Part shown: in pieces, positions 7,852 to 15,470 of the stretch
Layout: each line of letters opens with the position of its first letter
Numbering within the stretch: the stretch's first letter is position 1
Source: a virus
Taxonomy: Duplodnaviria; Heunggongvirae; Uroviricota; Caudoviricetes
IMG/VR virus record: IMGVR_UViG_3300015615_001076
Coordinates: 1 to 26,741 of that record
DNA length: 26,741 bases
Direction: 5' to 3' (one strand)
Position numbers and translations under genes: made by a program
The notes under the pieces: model-generated
The model's database searches: none
Told to the model about the DNA's origin: nothing
Seen by the model: only the letters and a program-made list of their open reading frames with translations

Positions 7852-8684
7852 GTCGCTTTTGCCTGTTGGGTATAATGGAGATCGGGCATCAATGGGGCGG
7901 GCACCGCTGGGGCCGCCGTAGGGACCGACGAATTACTGGGACCAGACGTGACGCCGGCATGCGCGTGGCTGGTGGCCCAGGTCACATGCGTGGTCAGATC
8001 CAACTGGACCTTCTCCAGCCCGGCTTTCAAGGCCACGAAATCTTCGCCGGTCGTTCCGGCGAGATGCAGCAGCTTCCCTGAGGCGCACGACAGGGTGATT
8101 TCCCCGTCCGGCGCAATCGTGAGCTTCGCGCCGCTCGAATGTTCCACGTGGAGCGTAATCGAGGGATCGGTGGGGATGGGATGCGGGACCACCCGGCTCT
8201 TCGATCCTTGCCGTTCTCGCCGCGTGCGCGTCCCGAGTGCCGTGCCAGATCCCAAGCGGAGATAGGTGCCGGACGGGTGCGCATACTCAACGGTCCCGTC
8301 GACTTTCACCCGAAACCAGCTCCCGTCTTCATATTGCGTCAAATGGGTGTCCGCCGCTTCGGTGGTGATATTCGACAGGTTTTCATAGATAGACCCCAGC
8401 CACACAGCAAGATCCGAGGTGCCTCCTGGAAACACCACCACGCCCCAATCCCCCACCCGAGGCAAGGACACCTCGCCGACCAACTGACTCGCTCGATGCT
8501 CCAACACATGTGCTTTACAGCCTGTTTCCGCATCACTGCTGAGCAGGGCGTTGAGGTCTGGCAAGAGAATCTTCACGGTATGGTCCTGCGCGGACAGTCC
8601 CACGACTTGCGCCAGATACACGCCGTTCAAGCTCGGCACCGCCGATAATGGAATCTGTTCTCCGAATTGTGCTTGCGCCCACAT
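7848..8684 (-). CDS. Baseplate central spike (gpV/gp45-like) (278 aa)
   Basis: OB-fold-like N-terminus (YLAQVVG...SLPRVGDWGVVVFPGG), beta-repeat region, and an HxH apex motif (SHAHAGV) before the C-terminus. Confidence 0.85.
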   Translation of the reverse strand: MWAQAQFGEQIPLSAVPSLNGVYLAQVVGLSAQDHTVKILLPDLNALLSSDAETGCKAHVLEHRASQLVGEVSLPRVGDWGVVVFPGGTSDLAVWLGSIYENLSNITTEAADTHLTQYEDGSWFRVKVDGTVEYAHPSGTYLRLGSGTALGTRTRRERQGSKSRVVPHPIPTDPSITLHVEHSSGAKLTIAPDGEITLSCASGKLLHLAGTTGEDFVALKAGLEKVQLDLTTHVTWATSHAHAGVTSGPSNSSVPTAAPAVPAPLMPDLHYTQQAKAT

Positions 8685-10369
8685 CAGTGCTGCACCCTCT
8701 TTGCGGTATCGATCAGCTGCTCGAAGGTCTGTGTGACCGTCGTGAGGGGTACGATTTCCAAATCGCCCGCAATCGTCGGATCAAACAGCTGCTGTTCGAC
8801 GGGTGTACGTCCGGCGGTACTCTGGATGCCATCGAAACGCGCATAGTCCGTCTCCGACAGTCCGCGTGTCAGCGCAACCGTGGTGGTTGCCCCTTCGCCG
8901 TAGATGAATCGATGAAATACCCCTTCAATATAGAATTCCATGGGCTCCTCATGCCAGGACGACCGATCGACCAACCGTTCCCCGATATGCAGATGCGGCG
9001 ACAACCGCAGCGTTTTCGTCCCGCTCAAGAATCGATCGTTCAACACGTTCCAGCTCGCCAATTTCCAGCCAAGGCTCGTATAGAAATCAAACATCGTTTC
9101 GGTTGTGTCCTGGCCGCCGAGCGGTTGCATGAGGGTACATTGCGGAGTCAGGGGCCGATAGCCGTAGCGATGAAACCGCGCCCGATCCAAGACCGGCGGC
9201 AGACTCAAGGCCATCATCCGTTCGTTGAGCACTGGATAGGAGGGCATCGGCAAGTACATGTTGTAGGTTTCGTGATCGGATTTCGACAGTTCTTGGAGCA
9301 GCGGTTCGCCCTGGATCTCTTCGTCATGGCCGATTTCATGGCGGATCAACTGTCTCCAGTCCTGGCTCCCCGCACTCGCCGTCACCTGGATCACGGTGGA
9401 GATCGAAGACCCATCCTGTGTCACAAGCCCGTTCGCCTTTTGCTGAGCAAGAGATCCCGGTTGTGCTAAATAGGGAAAGGGCGTTCGGCGCAGGACTACG
9501 GTCGGAGCCGACCGGTCCAGGCCCAGCGTAAATCGTGCCGCCTTTGTTTCTCGTTCGCCCACCACGGCCTTCACCGTGATCCTCGTCGTGTTCGTCTTGT
9601 CAATGATAGGACGTGCCGCCACATTCGTGGTCGCGGTACGCCGCGTATCGATGAACAGTTCGTGAAATGGGGGCGAGGCCACTTTCACAAAGAACGACCA
9701 AAAGGACCCTTCTCCGCTGATGAACTTCATGTCCAGCCCAGCCGGCATCTCGGCATCATACGACGAGAGGTCATAGGCCAGGAGATCCCACAACTCACGC
9801 ACGCCCCCATGCACATGCACCGTCGCTCGCAGGAACCGCTCGAAGATATCGCCGAGTAGATTGCGGATGATCCGTGACGGTTTCTCTCGAAAGCGCGACA
9901 GGTCCACAAATTTCTGAGCCTGTAAGAGCGCCGCGCCTAAAAAGTTCCAATAGGTGACCATCCCGTTGACAAAGAACTTCCCGAAATCTTTCCCCCGCAC
10001 GACAATCCTTCGCTCAGGAGAGCCACGTTGATTCATGGCCAGGGTGTCGGTCACACTGTCCACCAGGCCGATCATCACCGTATGCATCTCGCCCACGCCG
10101 TCCGCTCCAGACGCCCCGCTATGGTTCATCATCTGAATGACCACGAGATCTTGCGGGTTGATCTTATCGGCCCAGGTGCGGCCTTGGCCGTCTTTCGTGC
10201 GAGCAAAGTGCAGTTCCCACTGTCCCACCGCCGCATCCATGCCTAAACGTTTCGCCGTCGTGCAGACCAAGAGATCGCCGGACGGTTGGGTGCCGGGTGC
10301 CATGTCGAGCGACACGCTATAGGTCTCGGTCTGCGTATGGATATCGACCAAACACACGGGATAGTTCAT
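8684..10369 (-). CDS. Baseplate hub (gp27-like) protein (561 aa)
   Basis: MIGLVDSV...IVVRGKDFGK, PPFHELFIDT, VVLRRTPF and FLSGTKTLRLSPHLHIGERL...FYIEGVFHRF...TTTVALTRG motifs; directly precedes the spike gene. Confidence 0.82.
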   Translation of the reverse strand: MNYPVCLVDIHTQTETYSVSLDMAPGTQPSGDLLVCTTAKRLGMDAAVGQWELHFARTKDGQGRTWADKINPQDLVVIQMMNHSGASGADGVGEMHTVMIGLVDSVTDTLAMNQRGSPERRIVVRGKDFGKFFVNGMVTYWNFLGAALLQAQKFVDLSRFREKPSRIIRNLLGDIFERFLRATVHVHGGVRELWDLLAYDLSSYDAEMPAGLDMKFISGEGSFWSFFVKVASPPFHELFIDTRRTATTNVAARPIIDKTNTTRITVKAVVGERETKAARFTLGLDRSAPTVVLRRTPFPYLAQPGSLAQQKANGLVTQDGSSISTVIQVTASAGSQDWRQLIRHEIGHDEEIQGEPLLQELSKSDHETYNMYLPMPSYPVLNERMMALSLPPVLDRARFHRYGYRPLTPQCTLMQPLGGQDTTETMFDFYTSLGWKLASWNVLNDRFLSGTKTLRLSPHLHIGERLVDRSSWHEEPMEFYIEGVFHRFIYGEGATTTVALTRGLSETDYARFDGIQSTAGRTPVEQQLFDPTIAGDLEIVPLTTVTQTFEQLIDTAKRVQH

Positions 10370-10375
10370 GGTTGC

Positions 10376-10510
10376 TTAGTCACACGTCTGATTGGGTTGC
10401 GCACGCTGCACCGGCTCGCCATGTTCCTTCTCCGCTTCCCGCTTTCCGCATTCGTCACAGATTCGGTTCTCGCTCCCATTGTCCTGTTCGTGCCAGGGGC
10501 ACCAGGTCAT
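10376..10510 (-). CDS. Micro-protein, zinc-ribbon-like (44 aa), absent from the ORF track
   Basis: Translated by hand: MTWCPWHEQDNGSENRICDECGKREAEKEHGEPVQRAQPNQTCD*. ATGA overlap with the upstream stop, ends 6 nt before the hub ATG; CxxH...CxxC. Confidence 0.7.
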   Translation of the reverse strand: MTWCPWHEQDNGSENRICDECGKREAEKEHGEPVQRAQPNQTCD

Positions 10511-11583
10511 TGTCTGGCGAATAACGGTTCGTCCTGGTCGCGCTTCACATCCATCCCACCTGCGCCGCCGGTTGCGCCACCGCCTCCGCCGCCACCTTCA
10601 ACCCCTTCCATCTCCTCTGCTGCGCCAATCCGCTGTCCGGAATCCGTATCCCACTGGGCCGCCAGTTGGTACGCGGTGGCGATATACCCCGCACAGGTCC
10701 CAGCTCGATAGAAATTTGAGGTCACCATATTCATGCCATCAGGAGAGACGAGCGCCGTCTTGGCCTCTGCCGGCCAGTCCCATGTGCCCCCATCGCAATC
10801 CACGCAATCAATCGTGGTATCAATAATCTTCTTTTCTGACGCCCCGCTGGTAATGTTTTTTCGGTAGACCTTGAGATACGCGCCAGGCGTGCCGTCCATC
10901 CCGTGCCCAATGATTTCGTAGCGCCACCACGAGCCAGGTAAGGCCCCATCAGCGGCCGCCGCCGTATCGTACCCAGGGCCGAACCAGCAACAGGGCGAGA
11001 CATCCGGGAGCCAGTTATAGGGGGCAGAATCTATAGCACCCCACCCATAGACCTGGGGAGTTTTGAGATCCGTCTGGTGAGACATCTGGATAAACGACGT
11101 CTGTATGGTGGCCCATTTGCTGGAGTTTGTGCAGGAGCCTGTATAGGTGGAGTAGTTGGAAGAATAATACGCGTACCATCGATAGGCCCAGCGGCCCTGT
11201 GTCTGCAGCTGAAATCCACTAAATGTGTAACCCCCTTCGGCCTGGTTGCTGTAACCCTCTGGCAAGACTAATACGCGGGTGTTGGTATGGGCCGCCGGCA
11301 GTGCGGAGAACACTGCGGCATAGGTACTCGATGTGGCTGAGACGGGATCGATGGCGTCCTCGTGAGGAAAGAGGAATTCTACACTGGCATCAAACAGGCA
11401 CGGCTTAGTGGGAGTCGTGTTCTGGTGCCATCCGTAGGAGTTCCCGCTATCTTGGGCAATCGTCGAGTTCCAACTTTGGGCGCATTTCGACGCAGAGCCT
11501 AATGCCACGGACCTCGCCTCTTCGTCGGCCATGGCCGCACAGGGCCACGCCAACAGCGCTAGGAGCACCGCATGTCGCATCAT
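10507..11583 (-). CDS. Secreted Cys/aromatic-rich beta protein, possible glycan-binding or lyase-like fold (358 aa)
   Basis: Signal peptide MMRHAVLLALLAWPCAAMA|DE; many Trp/Tyr; paired Cys; Gly linker near the C-terminus; ATGA coupling at both ends. Confidence 0.75.
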   Translation of the reverse strand: MMRHAVLLALLAWPCAAMADEEARSVALGSASKCAQSWNSTIAQDSGNSYGWHQNTTPTKPCLFDASVEFLFPHEDAIDPVSATSSTYAAVFSALPAAHTNTRVLVLPEGYSNQAEGGYTFSGFQLQTQGRWAYRWYAYYSSNYSTYTGSCTNSSKWATIQTSFIQMSHQTDLKTPQVYGWGAIDSAPYNWLPDVSPCCWFGPGYDTAAAADGALPGSWWRYEIIGHGMDGTPGAYLKVYRKNITSGASEKKIIDTTIDCVDCDGGTWDWPAEAKTALVSPDGMNMVTSNFYRAGTCAGYIATAYQLAAQWDTDSGQRIGAAEEMEGVEGGGGGGGATGGAGGMDVKRDQDEPLFARQ

Positions 11584-12332
11584 TGGCCTACTCCCATCGT
11601 CGTAAGACTTTTCACGGTGCCGCCACCTCCGCCTCCACCGCTCGCCGCAATCATCGGCACACCAGTCACCATCCAGTTATCGGTGAAGTCCAGCGTCCCA
11701 CTGGCAGTCACGCTAGCCCCGGCAGATGTTTCATCGGATACCCCGACGCCCGTTTCAGAATTTGGCCTATTGATCCGTGACGCCTGAGAGCCATCGAAGG
11801 TCAAGATTCGGTTCGAGTTGTTTGACCGCCACCAAAAGAACTCCGCCACGACATCCCCACTGGTGGTGGTGATTGACGTAGACGGCGATGAGGCACTGCC
11901 CGTGCCAACGGTCGGAGTGCGGTCGGGAGTAGTTTGATCCACGCCGCTGTACGTCACAACTCCAATGGCGAGGTTACTGGCAGCTCCGGTCGTAAAGGCC
12001 ACCGCTTGCGATCCGCTTGACGGCGATTTCAGGCGATAGATGTTTTGCCAATAGAGGTCACCAAATGAATGGGCCTGGCTACTGACAAGCGTAACGCCAG
12101 TAGAGCTGCCCCCCACGGTCGGAGTATTGATATTGTCCGCCCCTTCCCAGTCTGTGTGGCAGGCGATGTACATCACCCCATCGGTGAGCGATCCCACCGT
12201 GATGTTAGCCGACACGGACGTAGCCGCGTTTGCGCCGTTCGAGGATTGCGCATCAAAGGCCACTGCCGCCCAACCAGCAGAGGGCCAGAGCAGGAGTGCG
12301 CTGAGTGTGAGCGCGAGAATGTCTTTCGTCAT
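11580..12332 (-). CDS. Secreted Ser/Thr/Gly-rich beta-sandwich protein (250 aa)
   Basis: Start trimmed to MTKDILALTLSALLLWPSAGWA|AV (ATGA overlap); ends in GGGGGGGTVKSLTTMGVGQ. Confidence 0.78.
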   Translation of the reverse strand: MTKDILALTLSALLLWPSAGWAAVAFDAQSSNGANAATSVSANITVGSLTDGVMYIACHTDWEGADNINTPTVGGSSTGVTLVSSQAHSFGDLYWQNIYRLKSPSSGSQAVAFTTGAASNLAIGVVTYSGVDQTTPDRTPTVGTGSASSPSTSITTTSGDVVAEFFWWRSNNSNRILTFDGSQASRINRPNSETGVGVSDETSAGASVTASGTLDFTDNWMVTGVPMIAASGGGGGGGTVKSLTTMGVGQ

Positions 12333-15058
12333 GGCGCGGCCACCACTGTAATAACCCCTGAGGTTTGCACCGCTGCCGAGGACACCAAACACAACACGCG
12401 GTTCGTGCCGCCCGTGCGAGCAATCGACCCGAGACCACTACCAAGGGTCAAGCCGCCATTGGCCGCAATGTTCCACCCGCTACCCGCCGTGGTTCCACCG
12501 GCTAAGCCAGAAGTGACTGAGCCACACCCGTCGCTGTCGTCATCGACGAGCGCCAGGTTTTGTGCACCCGCTACCGGCCCGATATTGATGGAGCAGACGT
12601 AGTAATGATTTGAGGCTCCTGCGAGCGAGGCCGTAATTTCGGTGGTCGTTGCCGTAGAAATGTTGATTGGTAGATACTGCTTGGCAACTCCGCTACAGGG
12701 GTCTAGCAAGCGCGTCCACAGCAACCCGAGTGCATCGGTATTGATCGTTGAGTTATCCCCGCTCGTGCCTGAGCTGGTGGCTGCCGCATCACGCCTGATC
12801 GACCCTGCCATCGACAAGTTTCCGCCTGCGGTTTCGGCAGCGTCTTCGACGTAGACGCCCCAGTTGGCCGCTGTACCGGGATTGACATTGCCAATTGTGT
12901 TAGAGCCCGTTGGCAGAGCTGGGAGGCTGGCAACATCCACGTCGCCAATGTTGTTATTTCCGGCAGGGATGGCAGGCAGAGTGAGCACATCAACTTGCAA
13001 CTCCCCGCTAGTATCAGTCTTCAACGCTCGTGCGTTGGTGCCGTCTGTCCCGGCGACAAATGAGGCACTCGTCGGGACGGCTGAGCCAGTCGCAATCGTC
13101 GACGCGCTGATGTTGCGGACGACCAAAGCAGGATCGCTGGCGCCTGGCGAGGAGGTTGTCACTACCGCTGTATTGGTGCCATCCGTGATCTTGTGGAAGC
13201 CTGCTCGTGCGGCCGCATCCATCATCGGCATCGTGTTCGTGCCATCGAACGGACGCGCATACAGCAGCCGATTGCTGTCCATTCTCGGCGCACCCATATT
13301 GCCGTCGGTAATCGTCGGTGGTGTCGTATCGTAGAGTGCGCCCATTGGCGCGAGATCGTCAGCGCCGCCCGTGAAAGCAGCATTATCGTTGTGGGTCGCG
13401 CCAGACCCGCTCCCGCCGCAGGTCTCAAAGGCATTCCCCGCTGTATTCACACAGCGAATCGAGACAGAGGAGGGTGAGGCTGTCGTCGGCAAGTTCGCAT
13501 CGACGTGTAAGCGCCCGCTGGAAACATTGGCTTGCGTGGTGTCTCCGGTCCCGTCTTTAATAATCCCATCTTGATTGGCTGCCGTCGCCGCTCCGGTTGG
13601 GAGTGAGATGGTGCCTGAGACGTTCGTAATGTTCCAGGTACCGGATTGGGTCGCCGGCTGCGGCGTGGTGCCGGTGGGGTCCATCCGCAACGGGGTGCCT
13701 GATGTGCCGACTTCCGTCCCGCTGTTATTCCGAAGATTGGTATGGAGTGCTTTTTGGGCAGTGATCCGCGCCACCGCCGCGCTGTTCTCCGTTGCTGTAT
13801 TGGTGCCGACATCATCGAGCACCCCGCCAATCGGATTGATCGCGGTGGTCCCAAAGGTAAACGCGCCGTTATCGCCAAACCCCGACGAGCTGCTACAGCC
13901 GGAATCGCAGACCATATGCAAGTTCGTCCCGGTCCCTTGCGTGACAGTCACGCTTCCGCTAATGGGCTGGGTCGCTTGCCAAAAGGTTCCGGTGACGGCC
14001 ACGGTACCATCAATGGTCAACGGCCCAGAGCCATCACCGACAAGTTGGGTGTTGGCTGGTTCGGTCTTTTGCCCAAGCTCAATGAGAGCCTGATTCACCA
14101 GATCCGTGAGCAGTCGCAACTTCGCGTTGATCGAGCCAGCACCGCCTGCGATCGCAGCAGCATCTCCCGTTGCGCCGATCCCCGAGGCGGAAGCGGCCAG
14201 ATTCCCGCCTGACTCCAACGCGAGGGCCGAGGTGTTGAGGTTCGTCCCAGCGTTGGCCGTCACCGCGCCGCTCACCGGTTGCGTCACGCCGGATCCATCC
14301 ACGGGGAGTCGCCCGGAGACCGGCGTATACTGCGACAGGTTCACGCCACCAATAGTGTTGGCCCCGGCGGGGAGACTGGGCAGTGTCGTAATACTGCCGA
14401 TGTTCCAGGTGCCGGATTGGGTCGCCGCGAGCGACGCATTTTGGACGTTGACATGGAGCGCCCCTGCCGTGAGCAACAATCGATCCCAGGTCGCGCCGTC
14501 CCAGGCCATGAGCCCGCCATGCATAAACGTGGCAGTTTGCGCGGCCACGTTGTCGGCAGAACCAAAAGCAGCCGGAAACAGGGCCGTCCCGGTGCTCCCG
14601 GTCGGTAACATGTAGGGAATGCGATTCGCATTCATTCGTGCCAGGCCTGCACTATTTTCCGCAACGGTGTTGGTTGAGGTATCATCGACCACGAACCCGT
14701 TGAGTCCAATGGAGCTTGACCCGAAGGAAAAGGCACTGCCATCTTGAAAAGATGCGCCCGAGCAGCCCGCGACACAGTCTATTTGCAATTGCCGATTGGC
14801 ATTCATCCGTGGGACACCGACCCGTCCATCGGTGATGGTTGGCGGCGTGGTGTCATACAGAGCGCCCATCGGAGCCACATCGTCCGTCCCACCGGTGAAC
14901 GGCGCGTTGTCGATATGGGCGGCGCCCGATCCTGAGCAGTTCGTGCAGCTCATACTCCAGTTGCCGGACTGCTTGGCATTGACCGTGCCCGGCGAGACCT
15001 GGGCCTCGGCCGCGACCGGCACTCCCAATAACAGCACAAGGACTAACACGTTACGCAT
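12329..15058 (-). CDS. Large secreted repetitive fibre/adhesin-like protein (909 aa)
   Basis: GGAGGT RBS before MRNVLVLVLLLGVPVAAEA|Q (alternative start 15094 by ATGA overlap); Gly/Ala/Thr/Ser-rich, internal repeats, beta-sandwich-like C-terminal domain. Confidence 0.8.
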   Translation of the reverse strand: MRNVLVLVLLLGVPVAAEAQVSPGTVNAKQSGNWSMSCTNCSGSGAAHIDNAPFTGGTDDVAPMGALYDTTPPTITDGRVGVPRMNANRQLQIDCVAGCSGASFQDGSAFSFGSSSIGLNGFVVDDTSTNTVAENSAGLARMNANRIPYMLPTGSTGTALFPAAFGSADNVAAQTATFMHGGLMAWDGATWDRLLLTAGALHVNVQNASLAATQSGTWNIGSITTLPSLPAGANTIGGVNLSQYTPVSGRLPVDGSGVTQPVSGAVTANAGTNLNTSALALESGGNLAASASGIGATGDAAAIAGGAGSINAKLRLLTDLVNQALIELGQKTEPANTQLVGDGSGPLTIDGTVAVTGTFWQATQPISGSVTVTQGTGTNLHMVCDSGCSSSSGFGDNGAFTFGTTAINPIGGVLDDVGTNTATENSAAVARITAQKALHTNLRNNSGTEVGTSGTPLRMDPTGTTPQPATQSGTWNITNVSGTISLPTGAATAANQDGIIKDGTGDTTQANVSSGRLHVDANLPTTASPSSVSIRCVNTAGNAFETCGGSGSGATHNDNAAFTGGADDLAPMGALYDTTPPTITDGNMGAPRMDSNRLLYARPFDGTNTMPMMDAAARAGFHKITDGTNTAVVTTSSPGASDPALVVRNISASTIATGSAVPTSASFVAGTDGTNARALKTDTSGELQVDVLTLPAIPAGNNNIGDVDVASLPALPTGSNTIGNVNPGTAANWGVYVEDAAETAGGNLSMAGSIRRDAAATSSGTSGDNSTINTDALGLLWTRLLDPCSGVAKQYLPINISTATTTEITASLAGASNHYYVCSINIGPVAGAQNLALVDDDSDGCGSVTSGLAGGTTAGSGWNIAANGGLTLGSGLGSIARTGGTNRVLCLVSSAAVQTSGVITVVAAP
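13301..14875 (-). repeat. Duplicated coding module APMGALYDTTPPTITDG (14825-14875 and 13301-13351)
   Basis: 17 identical residues; codon-by-codon comparison shows 14 of 16 non-Met codons differ synonymously. Confidence 0.9.
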
Positions 15059-15090
15059 GGCCGTCCACCTCCCGTACTCAGTACGACTGC

Positions 15091-15447
15091 TCATCTCGCC
15101 ACCATGATAATCTCAGTGATTTGTGCGCCGCCGTCATTCGGATCGGCAGCCCAGACGCCGGTGACGCGACCGATATAATCGAGGATTTCCAGCGTGGAAT
15201 ATTGCTCCAAGCGATAGGAGTAATTGGTCGGAGAAGCAGTGCCGTTTGCCTTCAGGACGTACAACGCCGCTGAACTGTCATTCACGATGGTGAGGCTCGC
15301 CCGGAACAAATTCGCTTCTCGAAACACGGTACTGACCAGGGTGTCATTTATGCGAGCCACCGAGGACAGTTCGCCTTTGGTAATGGGACGCACCACGAGC
15401 CCATAGTCTGAGGACTCGGGCGGCACTTTACTGATCGGTCTGCGCAT
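15091..15447 (-). CDS. Small beta-rich virion decoration-like protein (118 aa)
   Basis: AAAGGTGA RBS; NLFRASLTIVNDSSAALYVL pattern recalled from small phage beta-sandwich proteins; no signal peptide. Confidence 0.7.
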   Translation of the reverse strand: MRRPISKVPPESSDYGLVVRPITKGELSSVARINDTLVSTVFREANLFRASLTIVNDSSAALYVLKANGTASPTNYSYRLEQYSTLEILDYIGRVTGVWAADPNDGGAQITEIIMVAR

Positions 15448-15470
15448 ATCTCACCTTTCCAATCAGACAA

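Noticed and set aside
7940-7975. HxH motif in the spike as a novelty
   Set aside because: This is the known iron-binding apex of gpV/gp45-type spikes; it is recorded as a feature only.
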